Shown here one piece after another: positions 37,150 to 50,503 of a DNA stretch of 64,000 nt; the first letter of the stretch is position 1; each line of letters begins with the position of its first letter. A program made the position numbers and the translations under genes. The stretch is from Amoebidium appalachense (taxonomy: Eukaryota; Protista; Ichthyosporea), in the NCBI GenBank assembly GCA_963693365.1, contig CAVNZM010000005.1:2594342-2658341 (forward strand), given 5' to 3'. Below the pieces are notes generated by a model. It worked only from the letters and a program-made list of their open reading frames with translations. It made no database searches and was not told the DNA's origin.

Positions 37150-39132
37150 TGGTTACTTGGGGATGGTGTCAAACTTGATGGTCTCGAGGCCGTGCACGAG
37201 GGTGAAGTATTGCGCTGGGAAGCCAACCTCCTTGAGTTCCAGGCCGGTCACATCCCTGCAGCACGTGCAGTGTCAGTGTGTGTGTGTGTATTTGGAAAGG
37301 GGGGTGGGGGGTGGGGGGATATGTGTGTTTGTGTGTGTGCATGTGTGGGCGGGCACAAGTGCATGAGCGTTTTTGAGAGCACGCATGCACAAAGCAGTAC
37401 ACCTCTACCTCTCTTGCCATCTGTCCCCCCCCTCCCCCCCCCCCTCCTCCCCTTCCCCTGGTCCATCCTAGTCTTACTCGCCCCATCCCCCAGGACACAC
37501 AATCCCATAACCCCAACACTATTGCATGTGGTAGAAATCCTGATACCAGGACAAACCCGAAAAACACGTGATACCTGACACAGAATCAGAGAAACACCAA
37601 TTATTTTTAATGTGCCACCCCCTACTATCAAACCCCACACATGTGTTCGTGTGGTGTTAGCGAATGAGTGACTATTTCTCTGGCACAACATCCACACTCC
37701 GCCGTCATTTGGAAGTCAGACAGAGCTCTAGCGTGTGCCACAAACATAAGAGAGGATGCAACGTTTTGTCACGCAGCACTGGTGTAAGCGGCACATACGA
37801 TTACTACAATAGCAAAAAAGGCATGAATGAAATGCCCAGGTGTTTGTGTACGTACACATGCACGGCCACCAAAGATGACAACTAGAGCCAATCCTTTTAG
37901 AGTAAAGAAAGTGGAGGGGGAAACAGAACAAGTAATAGACAAACCAACACTTAAATGTGCCACCCCCTACTATCAAACCCCACACATGAATTCGTGTGGT
38001 GTTAGCGAATGAGTGGCTATTTCTCTGGCACAACATCCACACTCCGCCGTCATTTAGAAGTCAGACAGATCTCTAGCGTGTGCTATAAAGCCAATAACAT
38101 GCAAACGTCAAACTCGACAAAACAGGTACACTGGGATGAATCACAAAATGGTGCATCACACGTACAAGCCCTGCAGCACCCAGTATGTGCATCGCCTGCC
38201 AGTAGCGCTGTTTCTCCCTTTCTCTCTCTCCCTCCCTTCCTCACCGTCCACCTACCCCCTTACCCTGCCCTCTACCCCCCCCCTCCCCCCCCCCCCTCCC
38301 CGCCACCCACCGACACGCACACAGACACTAACTGGCAAACTAATGCATACACAACTACACCAACAGGCTTTGTTATTCAATACAATGTGTTCATGGGGGA
38401 AGCCTAAACACCAAAGCAACCCAACACATTCATAACACACCCTAAATCCAAAATGTGCCACCCCCTACTATCAAACCCCACACATGAGTTCGTGTGGTGT
38501 TAGCGAATGAGTGGCTATTTCTCTTGCACAACATCCACACTCCGCCGTCATTTAGAACTCAGACAGAGCTCTAGCGTGTGCCAAAATCCTCCCCTACTCC
38601 GTCAAACACACACACATACACATTAAAAACCATCATTAAGGAATCGACCTGCTAGACACGGACACATGTACAAGACAATATTCAAGCCTGCAACCATATT
38701 GCATCAAATTAAGGCATGACAAGCACGGTACAAACGCACCAAGGCATGGATGCTTTCTCAGGCAGACGATCATACACTGTATAAGAAAACCGAACAGACC
38801 GAAGACCCCCCCCCCCCCCCCCCCCTCCCTACCACCACCACCACCCACCCACTCACCCACCCACCTGCTTGTACACACAGAAACAAGATCTACACATGCT
38901 CAATACCATCGGCCTAACTGCGGTGTAATCCCAAGTTCCATCCTAGTCAAACAGGAATTATTGGGCGCAGGCATAGTTCGATGAGTGTGACAATGACTTA
39001 ACCTACTTCAGCACACACAAAGGTATTCATGTGTCAATGTGCTTGCACGGACGGAAACAGGGAGAAGGGGAACATGGTGTCGAAAGACACAAAAAGAAGA
39101 AGAGCTGTAAAACGGCATTCACTCTTTTGGGT

Positions 39133-39165
<33 letters not shown>

Positions 39166-40362
39166 AGAAGTCACTTCCGTGTGCACAAAAGGAGGTGTAG
39201 GGATATGCAAGGGGGCAATCATTACTTGTTTCCAATATTGATGAAGGTGTATTGCACAGTGATGTCCTTCGTGGCCACCAGCACGCTGTTTGTGATGCGT
39301 TTTGACGCCATGATGAATGCCCCCTCAACATCTGCAGGTCCGCTCAGCGGGTCCGCACCCAGCTGGGCGCAGGCCCCCGCAACAACGGAGAGCAGAGCGG
39401 CAACGTATTTCAACTGTTTGGGGGAAGAAGGCTTAAGGTCAAGTTCTATGCAGGAAGGTGGGGAGGAGGATGGGTGGGGGATTCCTCCATGTTGTTGGGT
39501 GTAGACAGCTAAGTGTGGCAAGGGGTGTGTGCTTGTGTTTTGAGAAAAAAGGGGGGGGGCAAAGAGGGGGGAGGGCTGGAGGGCTGGCAAGGGAACGAAA
39601 AGGAACAGTGAGAGTTCTTCTGGCAGTGATAAAACCGAAGGGAAGAGACTACCACAAGAAGGTGTGTGGAACAGGGAAAGCCACGACATACTGAAGTTAG
39701 GGACTGCAGCCAGAACCAGCCAAAAGCATCAATGTAACAGGCAACTATGTTGCGAGTAGGCAGGTTCGTGCAGGAACCACAGGCACAAATTTTGGAGTGT
39801 GGTTAGATATTGGGGGGGGGGGGGGGGGGTGCTTTTCGTAGGTGGCAAGAGCATATATCCATACGTGCTTCCCGATCTTAATGTGTGGGTATGTGTGGTT
39901 GCAAAAAGAGTGTGCCCGGTAAGTGTGTGCGTGCAATGTGTGCATGCGCCAGGTAGTATAAGGAAGCGGTGAGCTCGTGGGTGTATATAGTATTTTATGT
40001 GCCCCTACAGCGTTCGTGTTGTGGAGTGCACAGGTGGGTGTGCACGCGTACACTTAGGTGTGTGTGTGTGTGTGTTTGTGTAAGTGTGTGTCCTAGTGTG
40101 CAGATCTATGAAGGCGCATGTCCAGCCGGTTCTTGGTGTAATCCCGGGAATAGGCCCACAAAACAACCAAAATACCTGCAATAAACAGCAATACCACCAC
40201 ATCTATGAACTGTAACTTATGAGACACAAGAAAGTGTGAAGGCACGTGTCTCTAGATGGAATGGCCCCACAACATGTCGCCAAAAACACAGGTAAGAAAC
40301 GGGTATCTAGCACAATAGCAGCCTAAATTCCAAGCTACATATAGAGGCATTATGCTTACCAT
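33616..40362 (-). CDS. SSR2: Translocon-associated protein beta (TRAP-beta), 6 coding exons, about 194 aa
   Basis: Exons 40362-40360 (ATG|gtaagc), 39413-39226, 37255-37157, 35509-35413, 34633-34547 and 33726-33616, with consistent phases. Signal peptide, [11 protein letters not shown]...[14 protein letters not shown]...[29 protein letters not shown], then a TM segment and basic tail. Confidence 0.9.
33839..33967. repeat. Tandem duplication of about 60 bp in an SSR2 intron
   Basis: ATGGGGCTGTTAGAATCATGGTGACAACATTTATGATTGTACCATACACGTACACGTGC occurs twice. Confidence 0.85.
36518..36824 (-). mobile_element. Copy of the poly-G-associated retroposon in an SSR2 intron (a diverged short copy follows at about 37005-37097)
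   Basis: Near-identical to 32932-33238, with G-runs at both ends. Confidence 0.85.
37609..38583. repeat. Three dispersed direct repeats of about 130 bp in an SSR2 intron (37609-37740, 37954-38083, 38452-38583)
   Basis: AATGTGCCACCCCCTACTATCAAACCCCACACATG...CTCTAGCGTGTGC is repeated with few substitutions. Confidence 0.85.
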
Positions 40363-40740
40363 TCTAAACTATATAGTTGCCGTTGAAGAGGAAAGGGGGA
40401 GGAAACCAAGAAACCTAAACGTAAAAACAAACGAAACTGAGACTGGGGGACACCTGTGTGCGTTGTGGCGGGAATATTTGCAAAATGGTTGTTGGGCAGC
40501 GCGCCAATCATCTGCGAGCACCTTAAATTTGTTAAAGCGGATTATGATTGGTTATAACTGATCCGATCATTCCAAACGAGATAAACGGATTGAAATATCC
40601 AATTTATCTCACTGAAGGTATTCGCTATCTCGAAATTACTGATTCGGTTATCCACCAGATATCTCCTCATTGAGAGCAACGCCCAAGCGTATACAGGTTA
40701 CCTAGAATATATCAATTATTTGGATGTTTTGCCATTAGTT

Positions 40741-40788
<48 letters not shown>

Positions 40789-40828
40789 ACCCACCCACCA
40801 CTTCCTTTCCAGTTCTCCCTAAGCTTTT

Positions 40829-40867
<39 letters not shown>

Positions 40868-40922
40868 CCCCCCCCCCCCCCCCCCCCCCCGGCCCGCCTC
40901 CCCCTTCCTTTTTTTTTTGCCC

Positions 40923-40953
<31 letters not shown>

Positions 40954-41060
40954 AAAAAACAGAGAAGAAAAAGAATACATAATCGACACACACACACACA
41001 CACATACACACAACGCACACACGCACACTCACACATGCACACACACACACACAAATTTAC

Positions 41061-41095
<35 letters not shown>

Positions 41096-41173
41096 CACAC
41101 ACATACACACACACACACACCGTACACACAAACATAGCATGCACACACACACACACACACACAAACATAGCAT

Positions 41174-41216
<43 letters not shown>

Positions 41217-41463
41217 CACTGGTGATAAGCACACGTGAGTACCCGTTAACAAAATTCAATACATGACCATGCACACACAGTGACATATATATGCACTGTC
41301 ACCTGAAATGATGTGCTGTATACGGTCATGGCATGATCAGTGTACATGTTTGCGCCTGATGCCCACCGTATAGGCAGGGTGACACCATCATGAATCGGCA
41401 GCCTCGCATCATCGGAAATGCTATGTAGCCAATACCCTTATGGAAAAAACATGCTTCAATGTT

Positions 41464-41505
41464 TTTTGGCATCAGGCGCAAACATGTTTGCGCCTGATGC
41501 CAAAA
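41464..41505. repeat. Perfect 42-bp palindrome
   Basis: TTTTGGCATCAGGCGCAAACA|TGTTTGCGCCTGATGCCAAAA, with an extra half-site at about 41345-41363. Confidence 0.9.
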
Positions 41506-41718
41506 GCATTGATGCCATTCGCTCGGCTGCAACCTTCACAGTGCTATGTGTGTGTGTGTGTTTTTTTTTTTTTGTTTGTTTTGTTTTGTTTTGTTTTCAA
41601 CGGTTTTGTTTTGTTTTGTTTTTTCATCTTCTTTTACTTTTTATTTTTTTTATTTTTCTTTCTTCCTTTTCTTTTTCTTTTTTTTTATGAGCCCAACAAA
41701 GGGGGAGGGGGGGAAGAA

Positions 41719-41750
<32 letters not shown>

Positions 41751-42052
41751 AGGGGGGCACCTTATACATGTACAGGGACCGGTGGTTTACGTCAAAAACA
41801 CGCTCAAGACGGGACAGCAAGGAGGGTGGGGGAGAGGAGCGGGGGGAGGTGGGCGGGGGAGGGGGGAGGGGGGGGGGGGGGGGGGAGGGGGTGGAATAGG
41901 TCAATCATAAGAAGTGAACAGCACATTCCCGAATCACTGATTAGGTGGTATGACTTTCACGGCCAGGGTAGAATTCTGACGCTGCTGCCACCTGAAGAAA
42001 AAGAATGTTGAAAACCAAAAACAGAAAGGAGGCAGTACATTGCAGATCAGTA

Positions 42053-42083
<31 letters not shown>

Positions 42084-42251
42084 CCCCCCCTCCCCCCACA
42101 CCACCACCACCACCACAACAACAACAACCCACACACCCACCCCGAGGGGAAAAAAAAAAAAAAAAAAAAAAAAGAAAGAAAAAAAAAGGGCAAGCACTGA
42201 AACAAGATCCAATTGAACCTTCCCCCCTTCCCCTAAGACACTCACACAATA

Positions 42252-42750
42252 CAGATGCCGTCCGCCATTAAGAACCCCCCTCTAAGTGGGGGTGAGGGGC
42301 ATAATCTTATTTTTTTTAGAGGTCGCTATCATAATCTTAATGGCGCCGCGGGCCCGGGGGGAGGGGGGGGGGGGGGGGGGGGGTGGGGCAGGCAATGTAG
42401 TACTTACACGGTAGTGTAACTTTAAGGGATTGTATCGCTGGGGGGGGGGGGGGGGGGGGGGAGGGGGGGGGGGGGTGCCGGGGGAGGGGGGGGGGGGGGA
42501 GGGGGGGGGGGGGGGAGAGGGGGGGGGGGGGGGAGCAGGCAAGATTGCGCCGTTTTTGCTTCTGTTTGATGTGCTTGGCTTCCCGCCCACCCTTGCCATG
42601 CATGAATATGCATGATCCAGTATGAATTTATCTCCCGTCCGCCAATAAGATAAGCCCGAACTCTGGTCGAGGGGCATAATCTTAAAAAAACGGGACTTGG
42701 CCGCTAGCGTTATCTTATTGGCGGCGAATCTTAATGGCGGACGGCATCTG
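42252..42750. mobile_element. MITE with 22-bp TIRs (Tc1/pogo-like CAG termini)
   Basis: CAGATGCCGTCCGCCATTAAGA ... TCTTAATGGCGGACGGCATCTG, with TA on the left and TG on the right. Internal subterminal repeats GGGGCATAATCTTA. Confidence 0.75.
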
Positions 42751-43749
42751 TGTACAGACAGCGCTCCCCCCCCCCCCCCCCCCCCCCCCTCCTCCCCCTC
42801 CCTGGCCCCCCCCTTCCCCTCCCCCCTCCCCCTCGCTTCCCCTCCCCTCCCCCCCCTCCCCACCCCCCATCCCACACACACACACACCCGAGTTGAATGA
42901 AAGGCACAACACAATTTCTCATGTGTGTGCGTGTGCGCACGCTTGCGCACACTAAAGGGAAACCTCTACTCTGCGCCACGAGAAATGACGAGCACCATCA
43001 AACACAAATGCCATTCAATCTTCACATGCACATGTGCACATTGTGTGTGTGCTCCACATACCATTTCCTCGTTCTCTCTTTCACTCCAGACACACACACA
43101 CAGCCGTGGGCCTGCACGCGCGCATACACACACACACACACACACATATATTACTCCTATAATATCCCCTCCCCCCTCCCTTCCTCATACCCCCCCTCCC
43201 TTCTTCAACCCACTGCCCCTCTCTCCCCTTCCCCCCCCCCTCCCCTGCCCACACCGGCTTACCGCACACCGTGCACCATACGCGTACACACGTGTACATG
43301 ATGTGCAGTGAATGCCTCTCCCATATGTCAGCGCACATTCATGTGGATACAAAATTTCACACGAGGGCATTCTCATTTAACAGTGTGCCTCCTCGGCGTG
43401 TATCGTGGTATATGCAAATGACACCTGCGCCAGCAGCGCTGCAGCCCATGGTGCGGGATCTCGCCCTGAAATCAACTAAAATGTCACGCGGCCTCTAAAT
43501 AAAACTTCGCATGGGAGTGGAGAGAGAGGGTGGTGCGGAGGGGCAAGGGGAGGGGAAGGGGAGGGTCGGGTCAGAGGGTAGTAGAGGTGCGGTGGGAGGC
43601 GGTGGGTGCGCACCGATGGTACCGGTGGTGTGCACCATCTATGGGCAGGCGGGGTGGTGGTGGGGGGGGGGGGGGGATGGGGGGAGCTTCCAGGGGATCG
43701 AGGGACGGGACAGAGGGGACGGCCACTTTCTACTTTTTTTTAAAGTAAA

Positions 43750-43783
<34 letters not shown>

Positions 43784-43822
43784 CCCCCCCCCCCCCCCCC
43801 CCCCCCACCTCCCCCCCTCTAG

Positions 43823-43855
<33 letters not shown>

Positions 43856-44285
43856 CCCCCCCCCCACCCAACCACCCATCCCGCACCCTCTCTTTCAATT
43901 TCTTACTACTTTCATTTGCTTTCCTTTTTGGTCCCTGCATAAAACACCGTGCTAATACAACTACACAAATAACAAGAAATCCTGACCCACAATATATCCC
44001 CCTCCCTCCCCCCCCCCCCCCCCCCCCCCGCCCCCATCTCCCCCACCCGCCCCCTTCCCCCTCCTCTCCACCTTCCATTCCGAATCAAATAATCCATTAA
44101 AGGGATATATCAACGAATGATCAATGCCACTGCGGCAATGCTAAGATTTCATGCGATGTAACGGTGGCCAGTTCGATATTATAACGGTTATTTCACAATC
44201 TCTGACAAACTTTATAAGTTATCTACGGTAATGTGTATCTTATTATTATCAATAACCACAATGTCATCAGTACCGCAGCTTCAAT

Positions 44286-44349
<64 letters not shown>

Positions 44350-45594
44350 AAAAAAAAAAAGAAAAGAAAAAAAAAAAGAAAGAAAGAAAGGAAGGAAGAA
44401 AGGTGAAAGAAAAGAAATCCCTATCCACCCACCCCAACCTACCCACCCACTCGCCCACCCAGCCCACCCCATCCCCCACCCCGTCATAGGGCTTTTATGA
44501 TCGTGAAATGTTTCACTTGAAGACTTCAATATAACCCGATAATAGTGTAAATATTGGGTGCTGAGCGCGCATGGTTTTCGTGAATCGGGCAGTTCCAAAC
44601 TTTGCTTGGCTTTCGCGCTACATCTTTTCTAAAGTGTGGATGTTGTTGTTTATGCTGGGGAATAATCTGATATAATATATATTTTGTTCTTGTCCAGTGT
44701 GGCAGCTAACGAAAGCCAACTCAAGGGGGAGGCCCCGGTTGGTGGTGGTGGTGGTTGGGGGGGGGGGGGGGGGGGGGAGGGAGAAGGTTGATTGGCCCAG
44801 AGAAGAATTCTAAAATAGAACTGTTATGGATTAGGCTCAAACGCTTGCTAGAAACCAGAACTTCATCAGTTGCTACACTATGTGGATTTGTCTTGAGAGT
44901 CTAGGGAGACAGCAGAAAATTCCTGGAACGAAATTTCCTGCTATCCCCACCCCTCTTCCTCCCTCCTTCCCCAACCCCCTCACCAACCGCCACCACCACC
45001 CATCCCCTCCTCCGGGGGAGGCCTTCTCCCTTCTGCCTTCTACCTTCTAACACAGGGCTGAAAAATGTATCTCATCTCCCGTCATCCTGAAAATGTCTCG
45101 ATTCATTCAATCCCTGGATTCTCGTTACGGGCCCTCAAACCTCCCTTCCAACTGGGGCCCTTCCGTTTTGAAGGGCAGGGGGTGTGATGGGAGTGAGTGT
45201 GTGTGTGTGTGTGAGTTGTGTGTGTGTATGGGGGGGGGAGGGGGGTTGTTGTTGTCAAAAGTTTTTCGGATCAGAGTTTTGAAGGTTAACCTGTCGTATA
45301 TCGCCCCCCCCCCCCCCCCCCACCCCACACCCACCCTACCCCACCCCACCCCTCCCCAACCACCACGACCACCACAACCACCAGACCCTTCAATACGTGT
45401 AACACGGTGATCTCCTCGTGTTCACATCAACATTTACAGGAGTCTGGTGATTAGAGATTACAACCACGGCGCCACAGGCGCTTTCAATATTGATCCTAAA
45501 TCGTCAACTTTCTCTCCGTTATCCTAACGGGTACCCCCAAACGAAAAAATGCTAAGCAAAAGGGCTGAGTGTGCCGTAGGTGTGTGTGGGCGTA

Positions 45595-45740
<146 letters not shown>

Positions 45741-46273
45741 GTGGGGGTGGTGGTGGTGGTGGTGGTGGTGGTGGTGGTGGTGGTGGTGGGGTTCTAATAA
45801 GACACAGCCATTTCAAGGGAATGCCGGGGTGCTAGGGGGTGGGTGTTGCATACTTCGTCTCGGTCCGGGTGCGCGCGGGGGGGGGGGGGGGGGGGAGGGG
45901 GGGGGGAGGGGGGGGGGAGGGGGGGGAGGGGGGGAGGGGGGAGGGGGCGGGAGGAGGGGGGCGGGGGCGGATAAAAACCTATACTAAGCGCGTGGGAAAA
46001 AGTGTATGTGTGTATGTGTGTGCTGGGGGAGGGGAGGATGGGGGTGGGGGGAGGAAGGAGAGGGGGGGGGGGGGGGGGGGGGAGGGAATCATGCTATGAG
46101 TGTTAAATTCTAAGGGATGGGATATGTTGGTGGGTGTTTTTTTTTTTTTTTTTTTTTTTTTTTTGGTTTGTTTGTGGGGGGGGAGGGGGAGGAGGGGACG
46201 GGAGGAGGAGCAGCGGGAGTGAGGCAGGCGAGGGAGAGATCCGGCTATGGATATGAAATTTCTGAATTATCAG

Positions 46274-46379
<106 letters not shown>

Positions 46380-46599
46380 GGAGGGGGGGGGGGGGGATGG
46401 GGCTGCACGACACACGGGGGGTAGAAGAAGTTAGGGACGAGAGGCCAGGCGCTGACGCAAAATAAGAGAAACGGGGGGGGGGGGGGGGGGGGGGGGGGGA
46501 CCTGTTGACAATGAGGTCGTGTCAAGTGAACCTCAGTGCCATACGCAGTGCAAATGCCATTTAAAGCAAAATGCACAGGCCAGTGCCGCGGCGCATGCC

Positions 46600-46646
<47 letters not shown>

Positions 46647-47473
46647 AGGCACGCGCACGTGTGTGTGTGTTTCTGGCAGCATGTTAAAACGTGCCTTGGA
46701 ATACCTAATCTAATGGGGCTCATTCAGTAGCCGAGAAAGCTTAGAAGGGAAAAGGAAAAAAGGAAGGGATGTCTTTTGCCTGTAGGATAAGGCCAAACTC
46801 ACATCAGTAGAATCATTTACCGTGCACTCAATTATCTGGCTAAAAACAGAATTATATGGGAAAAGGAAAATTGTTTTGTTTTCTGCAGAATTATTCTGCA
46901 ACTTATGATGCATAATTAATCTGCCGCGAGCAGAACAACTGCTTTTTGAATTAGTAGAGTCAAACGGCTCTGATACTATTAGTTTGCAGTCAATATTTAG
47001 AAAATTTCCGATAAAAGAAGAACGAGTCTCCTCGAAGTATAACGATTCTGCTCAGAAAGAGTTCTGCGTGGGCGAAACATTTCCACATAAAGAAGAATAT
47101 TTTGTAGCCATTCGAAACTTGCAGAAATTCTTCAGATCGCAGCCATTCAGCTGATGTGGTTTGGCTCGTAAGACCATGTATTGAAAATGCTGTCAAAGTC
47201 AAATGGGGAAGTGGGGGGGAGGGGGGGGGGGGGGGGGGGGGGGAGGGGCACGAGGGGGAGGGAGGGAGGGTTTTCAGGAAGGGAGGGATGGATGGAGGGT
47301 GGGAGGGAGGGAGGGGGTGAGGGAGAGGGGGGAGGAGGGGGGAGAGCGAGAGAGAGCGAGAGAGGGGGGGGGGGGGGGGGGGAGAGAGAGAGAGAGAGAG
47401 AGAGTGTGTGTGTGTGTGTGTTTGTGTGTGAGGGAGAGGGGGGAAGGGGTATGTGTGTGTGTGTGTTTGTGTG

Positions 47474-47605
<132 letters not shown>

Positions 47606-48573
47606 GTGCGTGTGTGTCGTGTGTGTCGTGTGTGCCAGCCAGAACCTGCCCCCCCTCCCCCATCCCTTCGCCTCACACACACACCCCTCTCTCTCCTTCG
47701 CCATCTGGCCATGGATTAATATTAGTATGCACGAGAACCTGGCGCAGAAGTTCGAAGATCTTAGCACTGCATAGCGCGCTATGTAAACAAACCCCGGCAT
47801 GGGTCGATCATCATCAAGACGCCAACTTGAACTTGTGCATCATCATTTGGGCACAGCTTTGTGTACAAGTAGTAGAGCGATGTCACGGCGTGGATATTAG
47901 TAAAGGCACAATGAAAGGCTTTCTCAACTTATAATATTGATTTTACTGGAGGCATGGCATCATACACACTCTCTTGCACGCAGAGCTTCTTCCTTGGAGC
48001 CGTGCCCTATGCGAACGTATGGCTCAAGATTTCCAGCCATGTAAAAAAATAGTGCGAGTCAATCTGATTGGTTGCAACTCAGCAAGTCCAAGTTCTGTAC
48101 ATGAAAATGATGAAACACAGCACTGCATTTTTGCAATCCAAGCACAGGAGTTCTGATCTCATCATGACCCTACATAGTACCTACCACTTGAAGTTCATGT
48201 ATAATAATTGGGCTGCCAAAATAATCCAGTCGACCTGCCTATACCTACCTATGATGCTTCAGCCGCGACGGCCATGATGTAGTCAAGGCCAATGCATCAT
48301 GGGCAAGAAATCCATTGGACAGCAGCTGATCCAATGGTTACCCGGCATGAAACTACACACAATTTTTGAAACCAATCAAAACAATGGATCTGAATGTTTA
48401 CATTTCAAAGCCCACAGAGCAGGTATATAAATGCGCTGCCTTGTTCGGCAGTCAAATCATTCCAAAAGCCTGCCTTCCCGTTAGGCGAAAACAGCAACCC
48501 GCTTTCATCTCGCTGCAGCCAACGCATAAATCCAACTACTACTGCTTCAACGTTATTTTTCCCTTCCGCCACA

Positions 48574-49300
48574 ATGCATCTTCTCAGCACAAGCACGCTC
48601 GGCGCCGTCCTGTTTGCCGCAGGCTCAGCCAATGCCGACTTTGAGTGGGCTGGGTGGAAAGTCACCAAGCCAGCTGCCGCCGCGCCCCAGGTCGTGACGG
48701 GCCAAAACGGTGTGTCGTTCGGCAAAGACCACAAACACAAACGTCAACGGCTGGGGACGGGACTCGGGTTTGCCGGCGGCGACTTCATCGGTCAACAATG
48801 GCCGTGCTGTTGGTCAGAAGGATTGCCCCCAGGGCCAAGCCGCATGGAGGGTTGGATGCAGGGAGATCCCCGTGTGCACCACTGGGCGTGTGTGGAAGGG
48901 TTGGAACCAGGGCTGCTGCGACGAGACATGCCCGAGTGGCCTTGTGTATGACTACCGCATTGGTGGCTGCGGCAACAAGCCCGCATGTGTTCAGGGTCAG
49001 GTGTGGAAGGGGTGGGCCCGTGGGTGCTGTGCCAACGACGTGAACGATAAACCCAACCAGGTGTGCCCTTCAGGCCAGTACTGGGACGCAGCATACAACC
49101 AATGCTGCGATCAGAAGACACGTTCCCCCGCCGGCGACAAGGCGTGCCCTGGCGGCCAGTATTGGGATGCGGCATATAATCAGTGCTGTGATGTGAAGAC
49201 ACGCTCGCCCGCCACTTGGGCAAACAATATCGGTGCCATTGGCCACGAGGTGGAAATTGTGACCCCTGCAGACGATAGTGCCATTGTGGAGTCACAGTGA
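48574..49300 (+). CDS. Intronless secreted Cys/Trp-rich repeat protein (1-nt frameshift at about 48724-48726)
   Basis: Signal peptide MHLLSTSTLGAVLFAAGSANA. Repeats C..G.VWKGW..GCC (x2) and CP.GQYWDAAYNQCCD.KTRSP (x2). A TATA-like TATATAAA lies at 48424-48431. Confidence 0.7.
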
Positions 49301-49579
49301 TTTGGGCAGGGATCGTGTAGCTTGTTGCATGTTAGTATTAACACACTAAATTGGATAGGCATCTACATGTAGAAATGTAGATAGAAAGCAAGCACGTGTG
49401 ATATGAACTGCTATTGTATAGCAGTTTCTGGTTAACTGCTATTGTATAGCAGTTTCAGGTTAATCACAGTTTCTGGTTAATCACAAAGGCAACCATTAAA
49501 ACATTCAGGGTAGTTAAAATCTTTATTCTTGAACTCGAGCTGAGAATTGAAACTAACGCAGCGCCCCCAGCCCCCCCTT

Positions 49580-49611
<32 letters not shown>

Positions 49612-49711
49612 CAAAAAAAAAAAAAAGAGAAAAGAAAGAAAGAAAGAAAAAAAATATACCTATGCCCACATGTCCAACACAGTGCCAACTCAATTCGCAT
49701 GGCGCGTACTT

Positions 49712-49882
49712 TATGCGGAAATGATGTTGTGTACATCATCATTTCCGCATAGAGTACAAGGAGCCTGTGGCTCCGAGTCCACACCCGTTTGTGCAAGCCT
49801 ATGTGCCGAATTGTTACACACGAACTGTGCTCTTACAAGAAAATGCAGCATTATTGCTCGTGATGTCTGCCCCCCCCTCCCC

Positions 49883-49913
<31 letters not shown>

Positions 49914-50503
49914 AAAAAAAAAAAAGAGGCACCACTACAACCACAACCACCACCACATCCAAGGGACCGAGACCAGGGCAAAAGCAGAAAAATACACTGA
50001 AATAAACACCACATCCAAGGCACCGAGACCAGGGCAAAAAAAGATGAAAAATACTATATTAGTTCTCTACTTAATAAATGGGTACCCCCATAGGAGCGAA
50101 GCGAGTATAGGGGGGTACAGTCTGAATACAGATTTGAAGTCATCCCTTTTGTGTCATATCCCATGTGGCCGGAAATGATGTTGTAAGCCAATTGAAAATC
50201 GATATCTTCCCTTTTGTGTCATATCCTCATGTGGCCGGAAATGATGTTGTAAGCCAATTGAAAATCGATAACGTTGAACATGGCAACTCCATCGTTTCTA
50301 AGCTGCACCTACGGGCAATTAGTTGAATGCACGTGCTTTGATCATATTCGTTTTGGATATAGCAGTTATCTATGCATATTGGGCTATCTCTATCTCACCA
50401 GGGTTTCAGAGCTGAATCGAATGCACGTGCTTTGATCATATTCGTTTTGGATGTAGCAGTTATCTATGCATATTGGGCTTTCTCTATCTCACCAGGGTTT
50501 CAG
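49712..50503. repeat. Hairpin (49712-49751) and two tandem duplications (about 50144-50270 and 50325-50503); probable TE remnant
   Basis: Stem TATGCGGAAATGATG...CATCATTTCCGCATA. CGGAAATGATGTTGT recurs in both units of about 62 bp. A unit of about 85 bp, GAATGCACGTGC...CCAGGGTTT, occurs twice. Confidence 0.7.

Noticed and set aside
37609-38583. CRISPR-like array
   Set aside because: The repeats are about 130 bp with irregular spacing inside a eukaryotic intron, and there are no cas genes.
50063-50323. Helitron-like ends (TCTCTACTTAATAAA ... ACGGGCAATTAGT)
   Set aside because: No A|T insertion site, and no convincing 3' hairpin with CTRR.
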